Shown here: in pieces, positions 18,056-27,062 of the stretch | Layout: every line of letters begins with the position of its first letter | How positions within the stretch are numbered: position 1 is the stretch's first letter | From: Candidatus Krumholzibacteriia bacterium | Lineage (GTDB): Bacteria > Krumholzibacteriota > Krumholzibacteriia > JAJRXK01 | Direction: 5' to 3' | Assembly (NCBI GenBank): GCA_035268685.1 | Contig: DATFKK010000036.1 | Coordinates: 5,510-69,509, forward strand | Length of the DNA: 64,000 nt | The notes under the pieces: generated by a model | Databases searched by the model: none | What the model was told of the DNA's origin: nothing | What the model saw: the letters and a program-made list of their open reading frames with translations, nothing else | Position numbers and translations under genes: made by a program

Positions 18056-19426
18056 TCAGAAGTAGCCCAGCGACCGGAGCCGCTCGATCTCCTCGGGGTC
18101 GAGCTCCGGTGGCGCGACCGCCCGGTCGTTCATCTGCTCGAAGGTGGCCCGCGGATTCTCCAGTCGGAACTCGAGCACCTCGGCCAGATCGTCCACGGCG
18201 TCGGGTTCGATCCGGGTCAGATCCACCTGCTCGTGCGGATCTTCGACCAGATCGTAGGCCTCGTGGTCGCCGTCGCTCGAGTGGATGTACTTCCGCGGCC
18301 ACTCGATCATCACGCGGCGACTGCGATCGAAGCGATCGGCCCACGCCGAGCGCAGGTCCTTGATCCGCGTGAAGTGGTTCTCGGCGAGCACGGCCGACCC
18401 GGGCCATGCGTAGGGGAAGGCCTCGGCCGGCAGCACCTCGAGATGACGCGCCACGAGATGGGGCACGTGCACCAGGCTCGTCTCCCCGGACTCCACCCGC
18501 CCCTCGGTCTGCCCCGGTCCCTTGATCATCAGGGGCACGCGCAGCACCGGTTCGTACACGTCCTTCGAGTGCTCGATCAGATCGTGCTCACCCAGGAACT
18601 CGCCGTGATCGCTCAGCACCACGATCAGGGCGTCATCGAACCGCTCGAGCCGGCGCAGTCGTTCGAACAAGTCCCCGAGACCCGCGTCGAGGTTCGCGAC
18701 GGACAGGTCGTACAGATCGCGCAGGCGTCGAAGGTTCTTCTCGGGGTCGTCGCCGTCGAGGACCCGGGGGTACAGCGACTTCAACAATCGCACCCCTTCC
18801 TGCGGCGACCTCGGGGTCACGAATCCCTCGCGCGGGGTCAGGTTGTAGGGTCGGTGCGTGTCCATGTAGTTGAGGAACAGGAAGTCGGGCCGGTCGTCGT
18901 CGTGGCGTAGCCAGGCCTCGGCGGCGGCGTTCAGCGCGGGCGCGAAGCGCATCGAGACGTCGAAGTGCTCGAAGCCCTGGTCCATCCCGTAACGCGGCGT
19001 GACGTAGGCCTCGTTCGCGACGATCGCCCCGGTCCGGTACCCCATGCGTTGCAGACGCTCGGCCAGCGTGAGCGCGTTCTCGCTCAACGGCACCACGTTG
19101 TTGTTCTGCACGGCTGCGGTGTCCTCGAGCGCCACGGTGCGTGCTCCGTGCTCGAAGGCGTGCTGTCCGGTGAACATCGACGCGTGCGACGGCAGGGTCC
19201 ACGGAGAGGTCGCCCATGTGCGGGCATGGCGCGTGGACCTGCCGGCGAAGGCATCGAGGTGAGGGGTGATGCTCGGACTGCGACCGTAGCTGCCCAGCCG
19301 GTCCGCGCGCAGGGTGTCGAGGCAGATCAGGACGACGTCGGGCGGCGACGTGTCGTCGCTCGGCCCTCCACATGCGAGAAGGGCCACGAGAGCGACGAGC
19401 AGGAAGGTGCGTCGAAGGACAGCCAC
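18056..19426 (-). CDS. Paralogous alkaline-phosphatase-superfamily hydrolase (Thr-nucleophile sulfatase/NPP-like), lipoprotein-like signal.
   Basis: Signal with LLACGG. VVLICLDTLRADRL, SPWTLPSHASMFTGQHAFEHG (T-x-P-S-H) and SDHGEFLGEH motifs. Shares the C-terminal ERLRSLGY tail with the neighbouring paralog. Confidence 0.8.
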   Translation of the reverse strand: MAVLRRTFLLVALVALLACGGPSDDTSPPDVVLICLDTLRADRLGSYGRSPSITPHLDAFAGRSTRHARTWATSPWTLPSHASMFTGQHAFEHGARTVALEDTAAVQNNNVVPLSENALTLAERLQRMGYRTGAIVANEAYVTPRYGMDQGFEHFDVSMRFAPALNAAAEAWLRHDDDRPDFLFLNYMDTHRPYNLTPREGFVTPRSPQEGVRLLKSLYPRVLDGDDPEKNLRRLRDLYDLSVANLDAGLGDLFERLRRLERFDDALIVVLSDHGEFLGEHDLIEHSKDVYEPVLRVPLMIKGPGQTEGRVESGETSLVHVPHLVARHLEVLPAEAFPYAWPGSAVLAENHFTRIKDLRSAWADRFDRSRRVMIEWPRKYIHSSDGDHEAYDLVEDPHEQVDLTRIEPDAVDDLAEVLEFRLENPRATFEQMNDRAVAPPELDPEEIERLRSLGYF

Positions 19427-19583
19427 GCCGGATTCCGGAGGGTTGACGGGATCGGGCGCCGTCGCGCCCTGCGGCGGTCACGATAGCCCGGGCCCGGCTC
19501 CCCCCGCAAGGTCACCCCCCACGACGAGGACCCGCGGCCGGCCGGCCACGGGTCCCGTCGAACGCGGTCGAACCGATCCGGGG

Positions 19584-20105
19584 CTAGAAGCGTGCGCCAC
19601 CGGTCAGGATGAACTGCTCGGCTCCGCCGAGTTCGATCTTCAGCTCGGCGAAGGGCGTCACCGACGGGCCGGCGTCGAAGTCGACGCCACCGAGGATGTT
19701 CAGGCCCACCCCGCTGTCGTCGTTGTCGATCGAATCGGCGAAGGGTCCGAACTCGCTCTCGTCGAAGTCGACCGACACGTTGTAGATGTGCAGTCCGCCC
19801 CCGGCGTACACACCCACCGGGGAGTTCTCGATCGGGATCATGTAGTGACCATTGATGTTGATCTCCCAGAAACTCACATCGGCGCTGCCGGCGTCGTCGG
19901 GGAAATAGAAGTCGAAACTGGCCATGGCACGGGTGTTCTCCACGAACTCCCCGGTCCCCATCACCGCACGGGCTCCGATGCCCAGATCGAAGTCGTCGGC
20001 GTAGTTCAGCTGGCCGCCGAACGACACGGGTGTCTGGGCCGAAGCCACGGTGGCCGTCGTGCAGACCAGGGCGACGGCGAGGACCACGAGGGTACGCAGG
20101 TGCAT
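19584..20105 (-). CDS. Small outer-membrane beta-barrel protein (OmpW/OmpA-like, 8-strand type).
   Basis: 173 aa with signal peptide (LAVALVCTTATVASAQ), alternating amphipathic strands and a C-terminal Phe (GGARF). Confidence 0.65.
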   Translation of the reverse strand: MHLRTLVVLAVALVCTTATVASAQTPVSFGGQLNYADDFDLGIGARAVMGTGEFVENTRAMASFDFYFPDDAGSADVSFWEININGHYMIPIENSPVGVYAGGGLHIYNVSVDFDESEFGPFADSIDNDDSGVGLNILGGVDFDAGPSVTPFAELKIELGGAEQFILTGGARF

Positions 20106-20192
20106 GGAACCTCTCCTTGAAGAGATCGAGGGGGAACGGCAAGACGGCGAAGTGTAGGTCCGGCCCCCGATCGGCGCAACGCCGAAGCGCGG

Positions 20193-21452
20193 CTAGACCC
20201 TTGCCGGCTGCCCCCACATCTGGACCAGGTTGAGCAGGGCGCAGGTCGTGAGACCCAGGGCCCGCGTACTGATCCATTCCTGGGGACCGTGGAAGTTCAC
20301 ACCGCCGGCGAAGAGGTTCGGAGTCGGCAACCCCTTCGCCGTGAGCTGCGAGCCATCCGTCCCGCCCCGGATGGGAACCACCCGCGGCTGCAGCCCGGTC
20401 GCCGCGATCGCCCGCTCGAGCACCTCGCCGATCTCCGGACGGTCGCGGAGGTCGTTCGCCATGTTCCGGTACTGCTCGCTGATCTCGACCTCGACCTTCA
20501 GCCGAGGCTCCTCGGCCCGTAGCCCCTCGGCCATCGTCATGAGACGGCGGCCCCGCTCCGCCAGGGTGTCGTCGTCGAAGTCCCGCACGATGAGATCGAC
20601 ATGGCAGGCTGCGGCGTCGCCGCTCACGGCGAGTGGGTGGTAGAAGCCCTCGCGGTCGCGGGTCCCTTCGGGTGCCTCGGTGAGCGGTAGCCGTGCCAGG
20701 AACTTGCCGGCCCACGTGAGTGCGTTCACCATCTTGCCGTACGCGCGTCCCGGGTGGACCGATACGCCTTCGAAGGTCAGTCGTGCCTTGTCGGCACTGA
20801 AGGTCTCGACGTTCATCTCCCCCGGGAAGCCCCCGTCGACCGTGAAGGCGGCGGGAACGCCGAAGCGCTCGAAGGGGAAGCGGTGTGCCCCTCGCCCGAT
20901 CTCCTCGTCGGGCGTGAACCCGACCAGGATCGTGGGCCGCTCGATCTCCGGGTTCTGTTGCAACACCTCGAGCAGACTCATGATCGCGGCCACGCCGGCC
21001 TTGTCGTCGGCGCCGAGCAGGGTGGTTCCGTCGGTGGTGACGATGGTGTCACCGATGCACTGCTCGAGTTCGGGGTTGTCCTCGGGATCCAGCCGCAGCC
21101 CGTTGCCGATCTCGATCGGTCCGCCGCTGTAGTCCTCGTGCAACTGCGGATCCACGCCGGTTCCGGTGAACTGCGGCGCGGTGTCCATGTGCGCGACCAG
21201 GCCGATCCGGCCCTCGCGTGTCCCCGGGAGTCGCGCCGTGACGTAGCCGTTGTCGTCGAGGACGACGTCGTCGAGCCCCAGGCTCCGCAGTTCTTCCTCG
21301 AGCAGCCGCGCGAGATCGAACTGTTTCGCGGTGCTCGGACACGAGTCGCTGGACTCGTCGCTCTGCGTGTCGATGCGCACGTAGCGCAGGAAGCGATCGA
21401 GCAGATCCGTGGAATCGAGGACAGCTCGTGGGTCGTCGAAGACTCGGCTCAT
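20193..21452 (-). CDS. pepT: Peptidase T (tripeptide aminopeptidase, M20B).
   Basis: Trimmed to MSRVFDDPRAV (21452). VAHMDTAP, DDKAGVAAI and TPDEEIG metal-ligand motifs typical of PepT. Confidence 0.85.
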   Translation of the reverse strand: MSRVFDDPRAVLDSTDLLDRFLRYVRIDTQSDESSDSCPSTAKQFDLARLLEEELRSLGLDDVVLDDNGYVTARLPGTREGRIGLVAHMDTAPQFTGTGVDPQLHEDYSGGPIEIGNGLRLDPEDNPELEQCIGDTIVTTDGTTLLGADDKAGVAAIMSLLEVLQQNPEIERPTILVGFTPDEEIGRGAHRFPFERFGVPAAFTVDGGFPGEMNVETFSADKARLTFEGVSVHPGRAYGKMVNALTWAGKFLARLPLTEAPEGTRDREGFYHPLAVSGDAAACHVDLIVRDFDDDTLAERGRRLMTMAEGLRAEEPRLKVEVEISEQYRNMANDLRDRPEIGEVLERAIAATGLQPRVVPIRGGTDGSQLTAKGLPTPNLFAGGVNFHGPQEWISTRALGLTTCALLNLVQMWGQPARV

Positions 21453-21681
21453 GGTTCGCGCTCCGGTTTGGGTCGGAGCGAAGTGTAGACAGACGGCGAG
21501 GGCATCTCCAGAGGGTCCACGGGCGGGATCACGTTTCCGTTGGACACGTCCCCACGATCCGTGGATCGGCCGATCGCTTGGTGCGCACCGTCCCGATCGC
21601 TTATGATCATGGACACGAGCGAGGACGCCGCGAGCCACGCTCTGCCAACAGCGCTCCTGTCGTCGTCCGGGAAAGGGCACC

Positions 21682-22647
21682 GTGCCCCGCGTCAGTGTCG
21701 TCATCCCCTGCTACAATGCTGCGGACACGCTCGGGGAAGCGCTCGACAGCGTCCTGTCGCAGTCGTTCGACGATCTCGAGGTGATCGTCGTCGATGACGG
21801 ATCCGACGACGATCCACGGGCGGTGGTCGAGGCCCGCTCCGACCCACGAGTCCGTCACCACCGGATTCCGAGGAGTGGCGCCCCCTCGCGCCCACGGAAC
21901 GTCGGGGTCGCCGACGCCCGCGGCGACGTGGTGTTCTTCTGCGATGCCGACGACGTCATGCTTCCCGGAAAGATCGCGAAGCAGATGACCGTCCTCGACG
22001 CCCGACCTCTCGTGGGCATGGTGTTCACCGACTTCGAGGTGATCGACGCGTCGGGAAACGTGGTCCGGCCTTCGTTCCTGGCCCGCTTCCGGACGCTCCG
22101 CTGGGTCGCCGAGGGGGGTACGCGCGAAGGAGGTGGCTATGACCCCGGGCGCATGCTCCGAGGCCTGCATCGAGCGAACTTCGTGGGAATGTCCGGTGTC
22201 GCGATCCGCCGCTCGGTTCTGCGCGACGCCGGCGGCTTCGACGAATCCCTCGATTCGAGCGAGGACTTCGACCTCTGGCTCCGGGTGGCCGCCGTCACAC
22301 AGTGCCTTCACCTCGACGAACCGCTCCACAGGTACCGGGTCCACCGGAACGGCCTGATGCAGGAGAGTTCGGCCCGCCATCCCCTGGCGAGAATCGTCGT
22401 TCTCGAGCGTGAGAGGAACCGCGTGGCAGATCCCGGAAGCCGGCGCGACCTCGGGCAACGTATCGGCAGCAATCATTTCTCGGCGGGGTGGGCGTTCAGC
22501 AACCAGTACCGTTTCCCGGAGGCGCGGGCACACTACCGTCACGCATTCCGTCACCAGCGCAGCTGGAGATCGCTGAAGGCTCTCGTGACCACGCTCCCGA
22601 TCGTCGACCGTCTGGTCGCGCGCATCCGCACGCATCTTCGCGGCTGA
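21682..22647 (+). CDS. Family 2 glycosyltransferase (GT-A fold).
   Basis: GTG start. VSVVIPCYNAADTLGEALDSVLSQ and VVDDGSDD (DxD) motifs. Confidence 0.85.
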   Translation: MPRVSVVIPCYNAADTLGEALDSVLSQSFDDLEVIVVDDGSDDDPRAVVEARSDPRVRHHRIPRSGAPSRPRNVGVADARGDVVFFCDADDVMLPGKIAKQMTVLDARPLVGMVFTDFEVIDASGNVVRPSFLARFRTLRWVAEGGTREGGGYDPGRMLRGLHRANFVGMSGVAIRRSVLRDAGGFDESLDSSEDFDLWLRVAAVTQCLHLDEPLHRYRVHRNGLMQESSARHPLARIVVLERERNRVADPGSRRDLGQRIGSNHFSAGWAFSNQYRFPEARAHYRHAFRHQRSWRSLKALVTTLPIVDRLVARIRTHLRG

Positions 22648-22683
22648 CCTCACCCACCCGGTACCGTACGATCGCCGACTCGC

Positions 22684-23730
22684 TCAACTCGACCCCGGCC
22701 ACGCGTGGGCGGACAGGCCGTAGATCATGGCGCCACCGACGAACCCCGTGGCCAGGACGACGACCGCGAGCACGAACAACGCCACGCGATACGCCCGTGG
22801 ACCGGTTCGTGCGAGCCGCGCACGCTCCCCCATCGCGACGACCACGACGGCCCCGACGGCGAGCGCTGTCCCCGCCCACCGGTGTGCGGTCAGCATCCAC
22901 GCGCCGTCGGTGATCCGGAAGCCGGCGAAGAACCATCCGAGCACGGCCGCCACCACTGCGCTCGCAGCGCCCAGCCAGAGGCAGAAGCGTGCGGCGTGCA
23001 GGCTCGTCTCGTGCCACCGACCGCTCATCGCGAGCAATTCCGCCAGAGCCGCGGCCACGAGCAGGCCGATCGGAAAATGCACGACGGGCGGGTGGAAGGT
23101 CCCCAGCCACGAAATCACCCGGAGCCCGAAGGTGTCGGGGGAACGGACCTCGTCGTGCCGTGGAGGCACGTGCGCGCCCAGGTGGAAGGCCGGCCCTTCC
23201 TCGTCGGCCTGGCCGGCCTCGCCCTCCACCGGAGCGTCCGACGCGACCTCGCCCTCGGCGAGCACACGGATCGTTCCCACCATCCCCGCCCGTTCGTGCG
23301 GAATGCAGAAGTAGGTGTAGTCGCCCGGCACCTCGAAGGTCCGCGTGTAGCTCTCTCCCGGCCCGACGTTGCCCGAGTCGAAGGGCGGCGCGTTGCGCGG
23401 CCGGGACACGTGCGAGGGGTCGGCTGCCTTCGAGGAGTCGGCCGTCACGGTGTGCGGTACCGACCCGGGATTGACCCAACGGACGGTACCGCCGACCGCG
23501 ACCGTGGCGTGCTCCGGCGCGTACTCGAGGGTGTCGGTCATCTCGACGACGACCGTGTCCCGCGGAGCCGCATCACGGGCGGGCGCGGAGACGGGCCAGA
23601 GCACGCATGCGACCGCGGCGGCGGACAGTGCGAACGCCCACACGGTGGGTGTCCTCCACGAACGCCGTGGAGACGGGGACGAACGTGGACACCGAGGGAC
23701 ACCGCACTGCCGCCGCCGGGAATCACTCAT
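22684..23730 (-). CDS. Type-1 copper cupredoxin (plastocyanin/pseudoazurin-like) fused to a His-rich polytopic membrane domain.
   Basis: Start ATG at 23730 overlaps the upstream gene's TGA by 8 nt (ATGAGTGA). Signal-like TVWAFALSAAAVACVLWPVSAPA. Cupredoxin ligands PHTV...YFCIPHERAGM (His, Cys, His, Met). The C-terminal roughly 170 aa form 4-5 TM helices with several conserved His. Confidence 0.7.
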   Translation of the reverse strand: MSDSRRRQCGVPRCPRSSPSPRRSWRTPTVWAFALSAAAVACVLWPVSAPARDAAPRDTVVVEMTDTLEYAPEHATVAVGGTVRWVNPGSVPHTVTADSSKAADPSHVSRPRNAPPFDSGNVGPGESYTRTFEVPGDYTYFCIPHERAGMVGTIRVLAEGEVASDAPVEGEAGQADEEGPAFHLGAHVPPRHDEVRSPDTFGLRVISWLGTFHPPVVHFPIGLLVAAALAELLAMSGRWHETSLHAARFCLWLGAASAVVAAVLGWFFAGFRITDGAWMLTAHRWAGTALAVGAVVVVAMGERARLARTGPRAYRVALFVLAVVVLATGFVGGAMIYGLSAHAWPGSS

Positions 23731-24247
23731 CGTTGGCGAATACGTAGTCGTTCCCGCCGGCATTGGCGTGGCAAGAGCGACACGACGGAACCCGTCCCGC
23801 CACCTCGTTCCCACCCTGCTCGGCGACCTCGCCGGCGGCGGTGTACTTGGCGTACCACCAGTCGCGATGTTCGGTGTCGTAGCCCTCGACTCGCTTCATC
23901 ACCGTGATCGCCGCGAGTTCCTCTTCGGGCGAGTAGTTCTCCTTGACGATGATCGTGCCGTGCGGTGGGTCATCGGGGTTCGCCGCACCCACCCGATTCA
24001 CGTAGGTCTTGAGCAGGGCACCGTGGGGCCGGCTCCCTTCGTAGAAGCCCGCCGGCAGCCCGGGATACGGTGCCCAGTGCTCGTACTCGGCGTCGTCCAG
24101 CCAGCTCCATAACTCGGCCGGCTCCGGGGCCATCGAGCTCGAGCCTCCGTGGCTCTCCGAAGCCGAAGCTCCCGGTTCGACCGCGATGAGCGTTCCGGCC
24201 AGCAGGAGGCCGAGGCCCACGGTGACGGTGATCGACGTGATGCGCAT
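23723..24247 (-). CDS. Periplasmic monoheme c-type cytochrome, probably cytochrome P460 / c'-beta family (C-terminal CXXCH).
   Basis: Trimmed to MRITSITVTVGLGLLLAGTLIA (24247, with GGGAG upstream). A single CRSCH lies 16 aa from the C-terminus in a roughly 170-aa beta-rich secreted protein, the architecture of the P460/c'-beta family. Family assignment is from memory. Confidence 0.5.
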   Translation of the reverse strand: MRITSITVTVGLGLLLAGTLIAVEPGASASESHGGSSSMAPEPAELWSWLDDAEYEHWAPYPGLPAGFYEGSRPHGALLKTYVNRVGAANPDDPPHGTIIVKENYSPEEELAAITVMKRVEGYDTEHRDWWYAKYTAAGEVAEQGGNEVAGRVPSCRSCHANAGGNDYVFANDE

Positions 24248-24624
24248 GTTCGTGACTCCCACGTTCGAAGGGGTCGGGCCGGCGTCGCAAGCGCCGACCG
24301 GATCGGAACGGGAGTCTCGACGTGACGGAGGGTCGTCGACAGCGGGAGTGCGCCCGGGTTCGGGCGCGGGGGCCCGACCCACGACTCCATGGGGACTGCC
24401 CTTCCCCGTCTGGGGGAGGGCCCATGGGAGGAGCAACCCGGATCGGGTGTCCGGGTCCGAACTTCGCGCGAAGCCAGCGGCTCCGGGGACCGTCGTACAG
24501 CTCCGTCTGTCGCCGGAGGCACGGACGCCGCCCCTACCCGCGATCCCGTTGACACCCGCTGGATCGCGGACGCACATTCACGCCGTTCCCGGATCCGAAT
24601 CGACGTCCCGCTCCGGCGGCCACC

Positions 24625-27057
24625 ATGCACCGAGCCATCGCCTCCACCCTCGCCCTCGTGCTGTTCGCGGCCGGCTGCGCCGACGAAGCGCTCATCGGCG
24701 AACGCGTGCCGAACTCCGCGCCCGACACGCAGGTCGAGGCCACGCCACCCAACCTCGGCGCATCGACCTTCCGCATCACCCTGTTCTGGTCGGGCAGCGA
24801 CCTCGACGGCACCGTCGACGGCTACGAGTGGATCATCACCGACAACGGATCCGACGGGATCCTCTCACCCAGCGACACCACCGGGACCTGGAACTACACC
24901 GAGTCCACCGACTCGACCTTCGTCGTGTCAGCCGACATCCCGGACTTCGGACCGGACGTCGAGAATCCCGGTATCGACGACGTCGAGGACGTCCGCTACT
25001 GGCAGACGCACACCTTCCTCGTTCGCGCCGTCGACGACCGCGGTCGCCGGGACCCCAGCCCTGCGCACGTCAGCTTCACGGCCACCACGCTGGCCCCGAA
25101 GATCGAGATCGATCGGCCCACCGTCCCCGCGACACCGTCGTGCGTCGAGGGCCCGCTGGCCCTGTCGTTCGGCTGGACGGCCGAGGATCCGGACGACACC
25201 CGCGGCGGAGTGGCCGAGGTGCGTTACCTGCTGATCGAGATCGGCGGACCCGACGACCGCTGCCTCACCGACACACAGTTCCGCGACTCGAATCCAGTGG
25301 CCTCGGCGCCCGAGACCGCCTGGAGCGAGTGGATTCCCTACGAAGCCGGCCAGGACAGCGGACGGGTCAAACGCTATCGCATCCTCGAACAACCCGTGGG
25401 CACTTCGTACATCTTCGCGGTGCAGGCCCGGGACGTGGCCGGAGCCGTCACCCCCACCTTCGACTGGGGCGTGAACGTCCGCCACGTGAAGACGACACGG
25501 AACAAGTTTCCCCTGCTCACGGTCACCGAGAGCAACCTGGGAACCACGGTGGGCGCCGGAACTTCGACACTGCTGCGCTTCGACATCGTGGCCGGCCAGC
25601 CCCTCGACTTCTCCTGGCGAGCCGAAGCCGAGAGCTACGGCGGCGTGATCGAAGCCTTCCGCTACGGGTTCGGGGTCGTCGACCCGAACGACGAGGAAGA
25701 CCCGAACTGGTCCGTTCCCTGGGGACCGAGCTGGCGCACCGCGCGGCGGCCGACCGGATTCTCGCAGGGATCTCCGAACTTCGTCCTGCAGGTACGCGAC
25801 AACTCCGGATCGGTCTCGCGGATCAGCTATCAGTTCCAGGTGATCCAGATCAAGGCCCGCAAGGACCAGAGACCGCTCCTGGTGGTGGACGACGACACCG
25901 GAGGCGGCGAGATCCCGACCCCGATCCGCCGCATCGACCAGCAGTGGGACGAGGAGTGGCGCCGTACGCTCTTGCGCGTCCAGGGATTCGCCTCGGCCAG
26001 CGACATGATCGACACCGCCACCGACGCGAACCGTCTGACCTTCTCGCTGCTCAACGACTACCGCGCGGTGATCTGGTTGGTCCGAACGGGACAGTCATCG
26101 TTCATGACGACCCGATTCGCACCGCCGAACCCACGCGGTGCCCGCTTCAACTGGTTGCAGGTCTACCAGAAGTTCGTGGGGAACGTCATGCTGGCCGGGC
26201 CGGCGGCAGCAATGCAATCGGTGCAGACGAACACCTCGGACTTCACCGACTTCCCCATGCCGCTCGTGCTGAACACCTCCGACGGGGGCAACAACGGACT
26301 GGGCACGATCGTCGATGCAGAGGGCCGCACGGTGAACGTGGGAACACTCCGCTATGCGTACACCTCGTGGTGCCTCGACACGATCGACTGGGTGCGCCCG
26401 TTCAGGGTGTACGGCGAACGCGACGGCGCGCCGCGCCGTCGCCGGATCGGGTGTGAGAGCTACACGTACGCGCGCGTCTCCCCGGACTTCGTCTCCGAGT
26501 TCCGTCCGACGGTCCAGGAGGTGACCCACCTTCGCCCGACCGAGATCCGTCTGCGCGCCGGCGACACGACGGTCGACCCGCAGCTCCTCGACCGTCAGAA
26601 CCTCGCCGCGCTCGGCGCCGAGGAGTTCTACAACGTGAACGCGGCCAACCGGCCGGTCCTGGTGAGTCCCCGCGAGTGCCAGACGCCGATGTTCCTGGCC
26701 GTGGCCCGGATGGACGTCGACAATGCCGAGGTGATGGAGCCGGAGGACCTTCCCGAGCGCTATCGAGTCGGTGTGCAGGAACGACTGGTGAACCTGACCG
26801 AGTCGCCCCCGGGATCGGGACAGCTGGTCGACGACTGCCCCGCGGTGACGCTCGCGCGCCGGTCGACTTCGACGATCACCCATGCTCCCGTGGCCATCGC
26901 CAGCACCCAGTACCTCCGCGAACGCACCAAGCAGGGCGGCACGCTGCTCACCGAGGACTACATCTGGGGCTTCAATCCCCTCACCTTCGAGCGTGCGGAG
27001 TTCGACGCGGTCATGGATTGGATCCTGCTCACGCGATGGGGACTGAACGACGAGTAG
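24625..27057 (+). CDS. Large (810-aa) lipoprotein of unknown function.
   Basis: Signal with lipobox LFAAGCADE, several beta-sandwich-like segments, no catalytic motif recognised. Confidence 0.65.
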   Translation: MHRAIASTLALVLFAAGCADEALIGERVPNSAPDTQVEATPPNLGASTFRITLFWSGSDLDGTVDGYEWIITDNGSDGILSPSDTTGTWNYTESTDSTFVVSADIPDFGPDVENPGIDDVEDVRYWQTHTFLVRAVDDRGRRDPSPAHVSFTATTLAPKIEIDRPTVPATPSCVEGPLALSFGWTAEDPDDTRGGVAEVRYLLIEIGGPDDRCLTDTQFRDSNPVASAPETAWSEWIPYEAGQDSGRVKRYRILEQPVGTSYIFAVQARDVAGAVTPTFDWGVNVRHVKTTRNKFPLLTVTESNLGTTVGAGTSTLLRFDIVAGQPLDFSWRAEAESYGGVIEAFRYGFGVVDPNDEEDPNWSVPWGPSWRTARRPTGFSQGSPNFVLQVRDNSGSVSRISYQFQVIQIKARKDQRPLLVVDDDTGGGEIPTPIRRIDQQWDEEWRRTLLRVQGFASASDMIDTATDANRLTFSLLNDYRAVIWLVRTGQSSFMTTRFAPPNPRGARFNWLQVYQKFVGNVMLAGPAAAMQSVQTNTSDFTDFPMPLVLNTSDGGNNGLGTIVDAEGRTVNVGTLRYAYTSWCLDTIDWVRPFRVYGERDGAPRRRRIGCESYTYARVSPDFVSEFRPTVQEVTHLRPTEIRLRAGDTTVDPQLLDRQNLAALGAEEFYNVNAANRPVLVSPRECQTPMFLAVARMDVDNAEVMEPEDLPERYRVGVQERLVNLTESPPGSGQLVDDCPAVTLARRSTSTITHAPVAIASTQYLRERTKQGGTLLTEDYIWGFNPLTFERAEFDAVMDWILLTRWGLNDE

Positions 27058-27062
27058 CCGTC

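Noticed and set aside
15381-18065. 894-aa plus-strand ORF antisense to the antiporter and first AlkP-family hydrolase
   Set aside because: Antisense shadow ORF, implausibly rich in His/Arg/Asp/Gln, with no motifs.
19327-20715. 462-aa minus-strand ORF overlapping the small OMP and pepT
   Set aside because: Alternative-frame artefact. The real genes are the signal-peptide OMP (19584..20105) and pepT.
24248-24624. TTGACA...CATTCA sigma-70-like promoter at about 24552-24590 upstream of the 810-aa lipoprotein
   Set aside because: The -10 element is weak, and high-GC or non-proteobacterial lineages often deviate from the E. coli consensus. Too uncertain to list as a feature.
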